A DNA stretch of 64,000 nucleotides, from assembly GCF_020745735.1 (NCBI RefSeq), contig NC_083404.1, positions 34,161,731 through 34,225,730 on the forward strand. Reading direction: 5' to 3'. Positions within the stretch are counted from its first letter, which is position 1, and every line of letters starts with the position of its first letter. Below the pieces are notes generated by a model. The model was not told the origin of the DNA. It saw only the letters and a program-made list of their open reading frames with translations, and searched no databases. This document shows positions 63,501-64,000 of the stretch, one piece after another. The DNA is from Hemiscyllium ocellatum (lineage: Eukaryota). The translations under genes and the position numbers were made by a program.

Positions 63501-64000
63501 AAGAACATATCTAATTAAAGGTGTATTATGTTTAGTGTAATCCCATATAGTTGCATGACTTTACAGATAATAGGAAAAAAAAGTAATGAAATAAATCCTG
63601 AAGCACCTAACAGAAAAACTTGACAAAATGGAATCATAACATCACAGAATCCCTATAGTGCAGGAAGAGGAGAAGTTGAGAAAAGTGAATGGGAGGTTAC
63701 TGAAGGAGTAGCCAAACAAAATCACTTTGTCTTATGTCGTCACAGTAACTTTCTCAATATCATAGCAAGTATGAAGGAAACGTTGGTACCAAGCCAAGCT
63801 TGTGAAGGGGGTCACCGAGACTGGATGACGAATGCAAAAGGTGGTATAGTAAGAAATAAAGGTGTCAAAGGTGGAGACAGGTTGGCAAAGCTGCTGCAAT
63901 TTGAAACAACATACAATCTTGAACTTTTGTAACTACTCTGGGAATAATGGAGATGGATCACCTTATTGATACCCCAACTGAGGTATAACACCTTGTGATA

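Noticed and set aside
474-63502. The many 60-136-aa ORFs in the track, and CRISPR or prokaryotic-type systems
   Set aside because: The ORFs are chance frames or LINE/SINE fragments with no recognisable domains. There is no regularly spaced repeat-spacer array, and the DNA is a eukaryotic intron-rich locus.
41632-64000. LRRFIP2 start-codon exon (MGT..GRKR...EDEALSNIARE)
   Set aside because: No matching sequence found by eye; probably beyond 64000. The next downstream exon (LDEKSDKQ-like) was also not found in 1-1090.

Overview
Vertebrate, AT-rich, repeat-dense genomic DNA, most likely from a shark: it carries HE1/V-SINEs with (ATCTA)n tails, CR1/HER1-like LINEs and Deu-domain SINE remnants. 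The whole window appears to lie inside LRRFIP2 on the minus strand. I could map 13 short coding exons by hand between 41631 and 1091, all phase 0 with canonical AG/GT boundaries, totalling 813 nt (271 aa). They run from the [20 protein letters not shown] exon to the DYFSRSNRRGSVVS exon. The start-codon exon and the downstream coiled-coil exons were not found and presumably lie outside the window. Two extra in-frame microexon candidates (24 and 39 nt) sit at about 29.6-29.7 kb. The most striking non-genic signal is a set of Penelope-like (GIY-YIG) retroelement insertions carrying minimal hammerhead-ribozyme motifs (CUGANGA-N-stemII-GAAA-CG/GC-UH). These are one ORF-bearing fragment with an inverted, internally deleted partner, three non-autonomous ~215-240-bp fold-back palindromes flanked by 12-15-bp target-site duplications, and several single-arm remnants. 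The rest is CR1, Rex1/Babar and other LINE fragments, SINEs and at least one solo LTR. Exon, TSD and palindrome coordinates were counted by hand; boundaries of old repeats are approximate. Homology calls come from recognition, not database searches.
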